This document shows, piece by piece, positions 47,118 to 53,394 of a stretch of 64,000 bases of DNA. The notes beneath the pieces were generated by a model. It worked only from the letters and a program-made list of their open reading frames with translations. It was not told where the DNA came from and ran no database searches. Source of the stretch: a virus; the IMG/VR virus record IMGVR_UViG_3300045988_011398; one strand, 5' to 3'. A program made the position numbers and the translations under genes. Position 1 is the first letter of the stretch, and every line of letters begins with the position of its first letter.

Positions 47118-47379
47118 TTTCTCTTAATCTCTTAATATATTTGAATCTTTTCTTAACACCCATCATCCTGTCAAATGTACAAGTTAATTTGCCTAATGAT
47201 GGAATATTGAAATTTGTTCTTAGTTTAGCAAATTCCTCTTCACTAATATCATCCTTTAATGGTAAGGACTGTATAGTTTGTTTTATGAACTTCCAATAAG
47301 ATTTGTAGGCTGTGTCTACCACTTCAAGTGGTATATCCATCTCTTGTGAGACCTTACCAATTATATCAGGATAATTCAT
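47104..47379 (-). CDS. Hypothetical protein (91 aa), weak HU-like pattern
   Basis: IIGKVSQEMDIP...NFNIPSLGKLTCTFDR is reminiscent of the HU helix/beta-arm. Weak. Confidence 0.3.
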   Translation of the reverse strand: MNYPDIIGKVSQEMDIPLEVVDTAYKSYWKFIKQTIQSLPLKDDISEEEFAKLRTNFNIPSLGKLTCTFDRMMGVKKRFKYIKRLRENAES

Positions 47380-47759
47380 TTCAATTCAAAAAGTAACAAT
47401 AGTTGGAAAGTACCAGTCTCTTCATCAATGTTTGGGATAAATCTTGGGTTTATCTTACCATCAACTATGACTTTATTCTTTCTCAGTTTTCCCATAATCA
47501 CTTGGAAGTGAGGAAGAGTGATATTGCACTCTTCCCTTACCTTCCTTTTAGTATCTTCACTCATTGTAACCTTATCAAGAATGTCATTATCCTTAATAAC
47601 TTTACTGAGTTCATATCTTTGCTTTACGAAGCTTGTGATTACATCAATCTCTCTATCAGTTAATTTATGAAAAGGCTCTAAGAACTCAAACCAATATCTA
47701 AAGAACTTACCATTTAATGAAGTAGGAATCCTAACTATATTGTTAGCCTTCTTATTCAT
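47376..47759 (-). CDS. Hypothetical protein (127 aa), possible winged-helix DNA-binding protein
   Basis: LTDREIDVITSFV and ITLPHFQVIMGKLRKNKVI are HTH-like. Weak. Confidence 0.3.
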   Translation of the reverse strand: MNKKANNIVRIPTSLNGKFFRYWFEFLEPFHKLTDREIDVITSFVKQRYELSKVIKDNDILDKVTMSEDTKRKVREECNITLPHFQVIMGKLRKNKVIVDGKINPRFIPNIDEETGTFQLLLLFELK

Positions 47760-47770
47760 AATAGTTCAGT

Positions 47771-48079
47771 TTACTCTTCAGGTTTATCTTCTGTCTCCTC
47801 CTCAGTCTCAGGAACTGTCATCAGGTCTTCAATCTCAGCCACACACTTAGCCACAAACTCCTCACTAAAGGCATGTGCATTCTCCACTACCTTGAACAGG
47901 TAATCAAGTCTCTTGAACATATTAACCATGTTGGCTTCCTGCAATTTTGCATACAGTTGCTTTGCTTGGTTGCTCAACTGATGAGCAATGTTTTCAAGTT
48001 GCTCATAAGACATCTTTTCAGGTCTTGCAGCCTCAGGAGTAGGCTTCATTTCTACTTTTGCTTCTTTCTTCTCTTCCAT
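47771..48079 (-). CDS. Acidic hypothetical protein (102 aa)
   Basis: ORF in an operon context with a Glu-rich C-terminus. Confidence 0.45.
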   Translation of the reverse strand: MEEKKEAKVEMKPTPEAARPEKMSYEQLENIAHQLSNQAKQLYAKLQEANMVNMFKRLDYLFKVVENAHAFSEEFVAKCVAEIEDLMTVPETEEETEDKPEE

Positions 48080-48090
48080 TTTATTATTTA

Positions 48091-48303
48091 TTAAAAAGGT
48101 TTACCATACTTCTTTTTATACATCTCCCTCCAAGACTCTATATCTGTAGAGTCTGTATCAGTACATCCACATTCATCACAGTAGTCTACCTTATCATTAA
48201 GGACCATGACTTTTAATGAGAGACAATTCTTACAATAGACCACTGGAACTGCATCATAGTATTCCTTAGGATGCTCTTCTTTGGTATTGTTTAAGTTGTC
48301 CAT
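48091..48303 (-). CDS. Zinc-ribbon protein (70 aa)
   Basis: CKNC...x17...CDECGC (CxxC...CxxC). Confidence 0.45.
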   Translation of the reverse strand: MDNLNNTKEEHPKEYYDAVPVVYCKNCLSLKVMVLNDKVDYCDECGCTDTDSTDIESWREMYKKKYGKPF

Positions 48304-48565
48304 AAATCTTCTTCTTTAACTCATTAGTACTTCTACTGTGTACCCCTTTCCTTTTGCTTGTATTAGCTCTATTATTGAAAGGTCTTCTTGGCATTACAAT
48401 ACCCTCAGCAGTCACATGTCCTCTTCTCATAGCTCTTCTAACTGACTTAAATCTATGAACTCCATCATAGGTAATCAAGTGTAGAACTATGATACCTTTT
48501 GAGATATAATCCTCAAACTCTTCTTGACTCATCAGGTCTCTTTCAATTTTCTTCTGCTCTTCCAT
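48266..48565 (-). CDS. Basic hypothetical protein (99 aa)
   Basis: ORF with an Arg/Lys-rich C-terminal half. Confidence 0.45.
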   Translation of the reverse strand: MEEQKKIERDLMSQEEFEDYISKGIIVLHLITYDGVHRFKSVRRAMRRGHVTAEGIVMPRRPFNNRANTSKRKGVHSRSTNELKKKIYGQLKQYQRRAS

Positions 48566-48584
48566 ATTTCACAATGTTATGTTA

Positions 48585-48785
48585 TTACTTGTAGTACACT
48601 AACACAAATTGACCATTTTCCTTCAGAAGGGAAACAATGTCTTCTCTTTTTACCCCTTCCTCATTAGCAGTTTTTACAATCTCCCTAATTGTATTAGCTG
48701 CCATTGCAGTCATAATTTGGTGAACCACATTGGTTTCAGAAACCTTCTTAGTTCTTACCATTTTGCTCTTCTCAATTTCTTCCAT
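48585..48785 (-). CDS. Hypothetical protein (66 aa)
   Basis: First ORF downstream (minus sense) of the tRNA array. Confidence 0.4.
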   Translation of the reverse strand: MEEIEKSKMVRTKKVSETNVVHQIMTAMAANTIREIVKTANEEGVKREDIVSLLKENGQFVLVYYK

Positions 48786-48802
48786 AGCTTAACTAAAATT
48801 AG

Positions 48803-48872
48803 TTGCGGAGGTAGGAATTGAACCTACGGAGTCCAGCTTATGAGACTGGATTGAATACCAATTCTCCCCGCG
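48803..48872 (-). tRNA. tRNA-Met(CAT), irregular acceptor/D junction
   Basis: Anticodon arm CCAGT CTCATAA GCTGG and T arm GTAGG TTCAATT CCTAC. The acceptor is either 6 bp, or CGCGGGG/CTCCGCA with a C1xA72 mismatch. Confidence 0.6.
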
Positions 48873-48880
48873 ATGTTTAG

Positions 48881-48952
48881 TGCAGATAGACAGACTCGAA
48901 CTGTCACATTGACATTGGAAGTGTCACATACTGACCTTTATACTATACCTGC
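48881..48952 (-). tRNA. tRNA-Gly(TCC)
   Basis: Acceptor GCAGGTA/TATCTGC, anticodon arm TGACA CTTCCAA TGTCA, T arm GACAG TTCGAGT CTGTC. Confidence 0.8.
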
Positions 48953-48957
48953 ATTTG

Positions 48958-49030
48958 AGTAGATAACTGGATTTGAACCAGCCCCTTGACATTGGCAATG
49001 TCATATGCTAACCACTAACACCATACCTAC
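48958..49030 (-). tRNA. tRNA-Gly(GCC)
   Basis: Acceptor GTAGGTA/TATCTAC, anticodon loop TTGCCAA, T loop TTCAAAT, discriminator U. Confidence 0.8.
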
Positions 49031-49209
49031 ATAAAGCCAAAGATTTGCATCTGGTACTTTGGCATTGCAAGGTTTCACCTTAACTTGCACCCTCCTTCAC
49101 ATTCCACCCATATCCAGCTTGTTATAGTGTCAGCTCACTTTGGGGTTTCCATTGGACTAAGGAGTGTTAGCCTCTCACTGAATGGAATACAGCTTTTACT
49201 AACTTGTTG
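49031..49209 (-). other. 179-nt structured spacer inside the tRNA array (unassigned, possible ncRNA)
   Basis: No T-arm consensus, but several stable hairpins: GCCAAAG...CTTTGGC, AAGGT ttc ACCTT nested in GCAAG...CTTGC, and TTCCATT...AATGGAA. Confidence 0.3.
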
Positions 49210-49281
49210 AGGCTTCTGTCAGAATCGAACTGACATTACTGGGTTACAAAGCCAGTTTCCTAACCATTGAAAGAAGAAGCC
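49210..49281 (-). tRNA. tRNA-Thr(TGT)
   Basis: Acceptor GGCTTCT/AGAAGCC, T arm GTCAG TTCGATT CTGAC, anticodon loop TTTGTAA (31:39 C-C mismatch). Confidence 0.75.
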
Positions 49282-49285
49282 ATTG

Positions 49286-49369
49286 TAGCTCAAGAGGGAT
49301 TTGAACCCTCAATCCCTAAAGGGCGAGGGATTTTAAGTCCCTTGTGTATGCCAGTTCCACCATTGAGCC
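49286..49369 (-). tRNA. tRNA-Leu(TAA), type II
   Basis: Long variable arm, anticodon arm AGGGA CTTAAAA TCCCT, T arm GAGGG TTCAAAT CCCTC, G1:U72. Confidence 0.8.
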
Positions 49370-49377
49370 ATTATATA

Positions 49378-49830
49378 TTAATAAGGTCTAATATCACAAA
49401 GTTCAAATAGATACTTATACTTATTAATATTCTGAATGAATGTCTCACACTCTGAAGTAATACCTTTATATACAGTCTCCTGTGGTATCTTATCATAGAA
49501 TACTACAGTAGCACCTCTTACTTCATTTATGAAGTCTATAGCATTAAGAGTATCACTTGGAGTACCTTTTATAACATTAGGTTGCATCTTACCAAGTATT
49601 CCCATGTATCCTTCTGCAAGACTGTCTTGATAGTCTGAAAGTATGCTCAGAAATTCATCAAGATATACATGTATATTCTTCTTAGGTGCTGCCCAATGCA
49701 AGTTTTTACACTTTGTTTTCCACCCTTCAAGTCTATTCAAGAAGCTAATAAAGAACTCGGAAGGATTCATATTAGGGTCTTCTTGTTTCATTGTTTCAAG
49801 TGGTGTCAATAACATATCATCACCATACAT
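49378..49830 (-). CDS. Dps/ferritin-like four-helix protein (150 aa) embedded in the tRNA array
   Basis: KNLHWAAPKKNIHVYLDEF...DYQDSLAEGYMGILGK parallels the Dps signature (HW...H...D-x3-E ferroxidase ligands). Own promoter box at 49856-49863. Confidence 0.45.
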   Translation of the reverse strand: MYGDDMLLTPLETMKQEDPNMNPSEFFISFLNRLEGWKTKCKNLHWAAPKKNIHVYLDEFLSILSDYQDSLAEGYMGILGKMQPNVIKGTPSDTLNAIDFINEVRGATVVFYDKIPQETVYKGITSECETFIQNINKYKYLFELCDIRPY

Positions 49831-49855
49831 AAGCTTTATTGTTTATTTGATAATG

Positions 49856-49889
49856 CAAAGGTAAGTATTTTATTTGGAATATGCAAATA
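49856..49889 (-). promoter_or_regulatory. Bacteroidetes-type promoter (-7 TACCTTTG, -33 TTTGC)
   Basis: Gene-sense ATTTGCATATTCCAAATAAAATACTTACCTTTGCATTA, with the -7 box 26 nt upstream of the ATG at 49830. Confidence 0.65.
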
Positions 49890-49916
49890 AAATGCTAATT
49901 ATTTTTCAATTATTTG

Positions 49917-50005
49917 TACCCTCTGTGAGACTCGAACTCACACACTACTATTACTTCATCCCAGTTTCTAAGACTGGTGTGTCTACCAAATTCCACCAAG
50001 AGGGC
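49917..50005 (-). tRNA. tRNA-Leu(TAG), type II
   Basis: Anticodon arm CCAGT CTTAGAA ACTGG, T arm GTGAG TTCGAGT CTCAC, long variable region, G1:U72. Confidence 0.75.
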
Positions 50006-50011
50006 ATATTG

Positions 50012-50097
50012 TGCTCCTGAAGAGAGTCGAACTCTTAATCTCTATTTCAAGCCCTGACTTTTGAGGTCAGTGTGTATTCCAATTCCACCACAGGAGC
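50012..50097 (-). tRNA. tRNA-Leu(CAA), type II
   Basis: Acceptor GCTCCTG perfectly paired, anticodon arm CTGAC CTCAAAA GTCAG, T arm AAGAG TTCGACT CTCTT. Confidence 0.8.
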
Positions 50098-50103
50098 ATT
50101 ATG

Positions 50104-50179
50104 TGGGGACTCTGGGAATTGAACCACAAGCCTACAGTTTTTCAGACTGCCGTGCAATAACCACCTACACCAAGTCTCC
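50104..50179 (-). tRNA. tRNA-Phe(GAA)-like with a defective T stem
   Basis: Anticodon arm GCAGT CTGAAAA ACTGT is good. The T loop TTCAATT is flanked by only 2 clear base pairs. A3:C70 mismatch in the acceptor. Confidence 0.5.
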
Positions 50180-50247
50180 ATATTGACTTATTTGCATCTC
50201 TACCTGCATCACCTTCCATAAGTCAAGGACAAAAATTTCTATTGAAG

Positions 50248-50333
50248 TGGGAGTGGTAGGATTCGGACCTACTGAGTTTCTAATGTGCTGGTTTTACAGA
50301 CCAGTGCCCATCCACCATCTGAGCAGCACCCCC
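50248..50333 (-). tRNA. tRNA-Tyr(GTA), type II
   Basis: Acceptor GGGGGTG (one G:U), anticodon arm CTGGT CTGTAAA ACCAG, T arm GTAGG TCCGAAT CCTAC, long variable arm. Confidence 0.8.
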
Positions 50334-50341
50334 ATAATAAG

Positions 50342-50414
50342 TTCCCTCATAAGGAATCGAACCTTACTCTCAGGATTAAAAGTCCAGAGCATCCACCAAC
50401 AATGCTTTGAGGGA
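50342..50414 (-). tRNA. tRNA-Lys(TTT)
   Basis: Acceptor TCCCTCA/TGAGGGA, anticodon loop CTTTTAA, T arm TAAGG TTCGATT CCTTA. Confidence 0.75.
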
Positions 50415-50419
50415 ATATG

Positions 50420-50493
50420 TGCTCCCACAAGGACTCGAACCTTGAGTCCCCTGTTTAAGAGACAGGTGCTTTAACCAATTCAGCTATAGGAGC
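50420..50493 (-). tRNA. tRNA-Lys(CTT)
   Basis: Anticodon arm CCTGT CTCTTAA ACAGG, T arm CAAGG TTCGAGT CCTTG. Confidence 0.8.
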
Positions 50494-50500
50494 TTATAAG

Positions 50501-50575
50501 ACTTGGAGGTGGGATTTGAACCCACGAATCATCAGATTTGCAGTCTGTGCCCTTAGACCACTCAGGTACTCCAAG
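50501..50575 (-). tRNA. tRNA-Cys(GCA)
   Basis: Acceptor CTTGGAG/CTCCAAG, anticodon loop CTGCAAA, T arm GTGGG TTCAAAT CCCAC, discriminator U. Confidence 0.75.
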
Positions 50576-50579
50576 ATAG

Positions 50580-50651
50580 TACTGGTATAAGGACTTGAAC
50601 CTTCATCTTGAGTGTATAAGACTCCTGCACTAACCATTATGCTATACCAGT
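50580..50651 (-). tRNA. tRNA-Ile(TAT)
   Basis: Acceptor ACTGGTA/TACCAGT, anticodon loop CTTATAC (UAU anticodon, reads AUA), T loop TTCAAGT. Confidence 0.7.
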
Positions 50652-50658
50652 ATATTGG

Positions 50659-50730
50659 GGTGTCTGATGGGACTTGAACCCACACAATTTGGAGCCACAA
50701 TCCAAAGCTCTACCATTAAGCTACAGACAC
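50659..50730 (-). tRNA. tRNA-His(GTG)
   Basis: Acceptor GTGTCTG/CAGACAC, anticodon arm TTGGA TTGTGGC TCCAA, discriminator C. No G-1 is encoded. Confidence 0.75.
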
Positions 50731-50732
50731 AG

Positions 50733-50804
50733 TTCTGATGGATAGACTCGAACTATCAACTACTGCCTTATGAGAGCAGCTTTCTACCATTGAAATACAT
50801 CAGA
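50733..50804 (-). tRNA. tRNA-Met or Ile2 (CAT)
   Basis: Acceptor TCTGATG/CATCAGA, anticodon arm CTGCT CTCATAA GGCAG, T arm GATAG TTCGAGT CTATC. Confidence 0.75.
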
Positions 50805-50811
50805 ATATAAG

Positions 50812-50884
50812 TGGGCAAGTAAGGACTCGAACCTTCATTACTTGAATATCAGTCAAGCTTCCTGACCAATTAGAAGACATGCCC
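50812..50884 (-). tRNA. tRNA-Ile(GAT)
   Basis: Anticodon arm CTTGA CTGATAT TCAAG, T loop TTCGAGT, one U:U mismatch at 6:67. Confidence 0.7.
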
Positions 50885-50891
50885 ATTTTAG

Positions 50892-50964
50892 CTAAGGTGG
50901 CAGGACTTGAACCCACAACTGCTGGTTTTGGAGACCAGTGTTCTACCAATTGAACTACACCCTA
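50892..50964 (-). tRNA. tRNA-Trp(CCA)
   Basis: Anticodon arm CTGGT CTCCAAA ACCAG, T loop TTCAAGT, discriminator G. Confidence 0.8.
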
Positions 50965-50970
50965 ATTTAG

Positions 50971-51043
50971 TTGCAGGTAGTGGATTTGCACCACTGTTCC
51001 CCCCATTATGAGTGGGGCAAGATAACTACTTCTCCAACCTGCG
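50971..51043 (-). tRNA. tRNA-fMet-like (CAT) with a C1xA72 mismatch
   Basis: Acceptor CGCAGGT/ACCTGCA (C1 opposite A72, the bacterial initiator hallmark). Anticodon arm CCCCA CTCATAA TGGGG. Unusual T loop TGCAAAT. Confidence 0.7.
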
Positions 51044-51156
51044 GAAGAAACATCAAATCATGTGATTATGTCTCCTTATTGCACTCAGAGACTTTTCAGA
51101 AATGATGGCATCAAGTATTGCAAGCTACTTGACTGAACTTCTTGCAAAAGTTCTTG

Positions 51157-51228
51157 CGGGAAGTGTAGGACTCGAACCTACAGCCTGAGGATTAACAGTC
51201 CCCTGCTCTACCATTGAGCTAACAACCC
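51157..51228 (-). tRNA. tRNA-Asn(GTT) with two U:U mismatches in the acceptor stem
   Basis: Canonical D arm AGCTCAATGGTAGAGCA, anticodon loop CTGTTAA, T arm GTAGG TTCGAGT CCTAC. Acceptor GGGTTGT vs ACTTCCC. Confidence 0.6.
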
Positions 51229-51236
51229 ATTATTAG

Positions 51237-51310
51237 TTGCTCCTATTAGAATCGAACTAATGACCTTCTGTGTGTAAAACAGACATTCTGAACCACTGAA
51301 CTAAGGAGCA
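51237..51310 (-). tRNA. tRNA-Val(TAC)
   Basis: Acceptor TGCTCCT/AGGAGCA, anticodon arm TCTGT TTTACAC ACAGA, T arm ATTAG TTCGATT CTAAT. Confidence 0.8.
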
Positions 51311-51396
51311 ATGAAGGCAGTTTCTTTAATCTCTAACTGCCCAAAAGAGTGTCCAAAGCAAAAGCTCTAACATTATGAAAACATGAAAACAATGAG

Positions 51397-51469
51397 TGGA
51401 GAATGAGGGACTTGAACCCTAAACTCTTCTTTGCAAAAGAAGTGTGTTAGCCAATTACACCACAAACCC
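51397..51469 (-). tRNA. tRNA-Ala(TGC)-like with a poorly paired acceptor stem
   Basis: Anticodon arm CTTCT TTTGCAA AGAAG and D arm GTGT/ACAC are good, and G3:U70 is possible. Positions 4-7 of the acceptor are mismatched against ATTCTCC. Confidence 0.5.
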
Positions 51470-51475
51470 CATTAG

Positions 51476-51551
51476 TAGAGTAGACAAGACTCGAACTTGC
51501 AATATCACTGCATCCCAAATGCAGGGGGCTAACCAATTACCCTACTACTCT
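51476..51551 (-). tRNA. tRNA-Pro(TGG)
   Basis: Acceptor AGAGTAG/CTACTCT, anticodon arm CTGCA TTTGGGA TGCAG, T loop TTCGAGT. Confidence 0.75.
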
Positions 51552-51558
51552 ATATTTG

Positions 51559-51643
51559 CGGAGAGCATTGTACTCGAAACAAATGCCTTTTACAGCACAC
51601 ATTACTTAGCAGGTAAGTCCACTGCCTCAGTGGTTTACTCTCC
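51559..51643 (-). tRNA. tRNA-Ser(GCT), type II
   Basis: Anticodon loop CTGCTAA, long variable arm, T arm ATTGT TTCGAGT ACAAT, discriminator G. Confidence 0.75.
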
Positions 51644-51668
51644 ATTAATCAGCCTTTCAAAGAACATG

Positions 51669-51753
51669 CGGAGGAATGAGGTCCCGACCCCCAAGCATTT
51701 TACTGCTCAATCTGTTTTCAAGACAGTTCCCAGTCCCACTGAGTTACCCCTCC
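51669..51753 (-). tRNA. tRNA-Ser(TGA), type II, atypical T loop
   Basis: Anticodon loop CTTGAAA, variable arm AGCA...TGCT, discriminator G. T loop GTCGGGA deviates from the TTCRANY consensus. Confidence 0.6.
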
Positions 51754-51759
51754 ATTGGC

Positions 51760-51830
51760 AGGATGTGGGGGAATTGAACCCCAATCTCCTGATTGACAGT
51801 CAGGCACATTAACCACTATGCTACACACCC
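51760..51830 (-). tRNA. tRNA-Asp(GTC) with a 4-bp T stem
   Basis: Acceptor GGGTGTG/CACATCC (G3:U70), anticodon arm CCTGA CTGTCAA TCAGG, T arm GGGG TTCAATT CCCC. Confidence 0.65.
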
Positions 51831-51839
51831 TATAATATG

Positions 51840-51912
51840 TAGTGTCACTGAGAATTGAACTCAGATTTCCAGTTTGAGAGACTGGTTGCCTCACCATTTA
51901 GCAGATGACACC
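51840..51912 (-). tRNA. tRNA-Glu(CTC)
   Basis: Anticodon arm CCAGT CTCTCAA ACTGG, T arm CTGAG TTCAATT CTCAG. Confidence 0.8.
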
Positions 51913-51918
51913 ATTTAG

Positions 51919-51991
51919 TATTGGGTAGGAGACTTGAACTCCTCTCTTCAGATTGAAAGTCTGATGAACTGACCACCTATTCTAACCCAAC
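51919..51991 (-). tRNA. tRNA-Glu(TTC)
   Basis: Anticodon arm TCAGA CTTTCAA TCTGA, T arm AGGAG TTCAAGT CTCCT. Confidence 0.8.
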
Positions 51992-51998
51992 ATTTATG

Positions 51999-52070
51999 TA
52001 CCCCCTGAGGGAATCGAACCCCCATTAAAGGCTTAGAAGACCCTTGCATTATCCATTATACTAAGAGGGC
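51999..52070 (-). tRNA. tRNA-Arg(TCT)
   Basis: Anticodon loop CTTCTAA, T loop TTCGATT, acceptor GCCCTCT with two G:U pairs. Confidence 0.7.
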
Positions 52071-52078
52071 ATTTATTG

Positions 52079-52150
52079 TTGCTGTTAGAGGACTCGAACC
52101 TCTACTATAAGAGCCAAAATCTTATGTGACTACCATTACACCAAACAGCA
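52079..52150 (-). tRNA. tRNA-Gln(TTG)
   Basis: Acceptor TGCTGTT/AACAGCA, anticodon arm TAAGA TTTTGGC TCTTA, T arm AGAGG TTCGAGT CCTCT. First gene of the array. Confidence 0.8.
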
Positions 52151-52299
52151 ATATAAAAAGAAAAAGGAATACTACTTAACACAATGGTTCAAGTGGTATT
52201 CCTTCTAACACTAAATTACCAACCAAAACCAATCTTTATGTACCTTCAATTAGTTGCCCATTATTGTTTTGCATATCCTTTTTATCCTTAATTGCACTG

Positions 52300-52334
52300 C
52301 AAAGATAAGTAAAATTTTTGAGATATGCAAATCT
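52300..52334 (-). promoter_or_regulatory. Bacteroidetes-type promoter driving the tRNA array (-7 TATCTTTG, -33 TTTGC)
   Basis: Gene-sense GATTTGCATATCTCAAAAATTTTACTTATCTTTGCAGTG, ~150 nt upstream of the first tRNA (52150). Confidence 0.65.
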
Positions 52335-52448
52335 TTAAGGAATTATTTTATCAACTATTTTATAACTCTCTCATTATCAGTGTTTACTGCATTGTCAGGA
52401 AGAGTAGTATTAAGATTGATTTTGAGTGCTGTTTATCAAAACAAGCTA

Positions 52449-52841
52449 TTAATCACTATTACCCATTAACCAATGCTCAGTATAAAATTTGTAATAATCC
52501 CAATTGAGACCTAATTTACTACATACAGCATGTACAATGTTATGTATTACTGAAGGTATTCCAATGACTATCAGATACAATGGTCCAAGTATATCAGATT
52601 GTCTACTATGACCATATTCATGCTCTATACTTTCCTTAGTAGCATCAGTAGGCATGAATAGATAATCACCTAATGACATAGGTGAAGGCAATACATCACA
52701 CCATATTATCTGATTGCCATCTTCTTTAACACCTCTTGTAGCTGCATTACACAATATACCTTCAAGACATACAGCTAACATGTTCTGTGGAAATTGCCAT
52801 ATCCACTTCAAAGATTCTTTAATTGTCTTCTTAATATCCAT
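52449..52841 (-). CDS. Small HExxH-motif protein (130 aa), putative metallopeptidase-like
   Basis: KESIEHEYGHSRQSD contains HEYGH. Hydrophobic LYLIVIGIPSVIHNIV segment. Preceded by a ~300-nt leader from the promoter at 53152. Confidence 0.45.
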   Translation of the reverse strand: MDIKKTIKESLKWIWQFPQNMLAVCLEGILCNAATRGVKEDGNQIIWCDVLPSPMSLGDYLFMPTDATKESIEHEYGHSRQSDILGPLYLIVIGIPSVIHNIVHAVCSKLGLNWDYYKFYTEHWLMGNSD

Positions 52842-53151
52842 CTCTATTATCTTTAAGATATAATAAGTCCCTTAGAGCTACCATAACTCTTCAAGACCAC
52901 AATTGCTTGTACCCCTCTTTAACTACTTATTTCATTAGACCCGTTCCTTACCCCCTAAAGTGTGATTCCCTGTGCCTTTTCTCAGATATGCTTGCTCACA
53001 CAATCTAACTTATAAAGTAGCAGTTTTTGTAGTATTGGGGACAACTTATCCTCTATATAAAGTGAGGACTACAACCCAACTTCTGTTCCATGTAACTTAG
53101 CCTTAATAAGTGTAATGGAAGTCATATAGGCATATCTCTATATCTACGGTG

Positions 53152-53182
53152 CAAAGATAAGTAAAATAAATGACATGTGCAA
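53152..53182 (-). promoter_or_regulatory. Bacteroidetes-type promoter (-7 TATCTTTG, -33 TTGC)
   Basis: Gene-sense CTTGCACATGTCATTTATTTTACTTATCTTTGCACCG. Points leftward into a 300-nt C-rich (plus-strand) leader. Confidence 0.6.
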
Positions 53183-53394
53183 GACCCTAAATAGAATATT
53201 TTTTTTTTCTGATTTTTTTTTGAAGTCCACTTATTTCTATAAGTGGTTTTCCATATATAAAACACCCCCTATACCTTTTTCTATTATACTTCTATGAGTG
53301 GTGGATACTCCAACCTCACCTCCCCCATCACTTAGCCAGTGGGGTCCTTACCCCCAGCATAAACATATTTATTAACATTCAAATTTTTATCATT

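Noticed and set aside
98-48821. Dozens of 60-150 aa ORFs from the track lying antisense to, or out of frame within, the large genes (e.g. 98-334, 2110-2445, 6046-6252, 12286-12585, 21376-21696, 28965-29423, 30459-30899, 41146-41388).
   Set aside because: All are nested inside much longer ORFs with protein-like composition. Their own products are Leu/Ser/Ile/Cys-rich low-complexity strings typical of shadow frames in AT-rich DNA.
50247-51812. Track ORFs 50247-50474 (+), 50494-50700 (-) and 51444-51812 (+).
   Set aside because: They run straight through back-to-back tRNA genes. The open frames are a by-product of the tRNA sequences.
48803-52150. Suppressor tRNAs or stop-codon reassignment, which is common in some crAss-like lineages.
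   Set aside because: None of the 30 anticodons is CTA, TCA or TTA. The late genes (up to 2304 codons) are uninterrupted under the standard code, so there is no sign of recoding in this window.
53227-53250. Hairpin CCACTTAT/ATAAGTGG plus TTTT as a transcription terminator.
   Set aside because: It lies in a divergent intergenic region with no upstream + strand gene, and for the minus strand the U-run would be on the wrong side. It is kept only as part of the regulatory-region observation.
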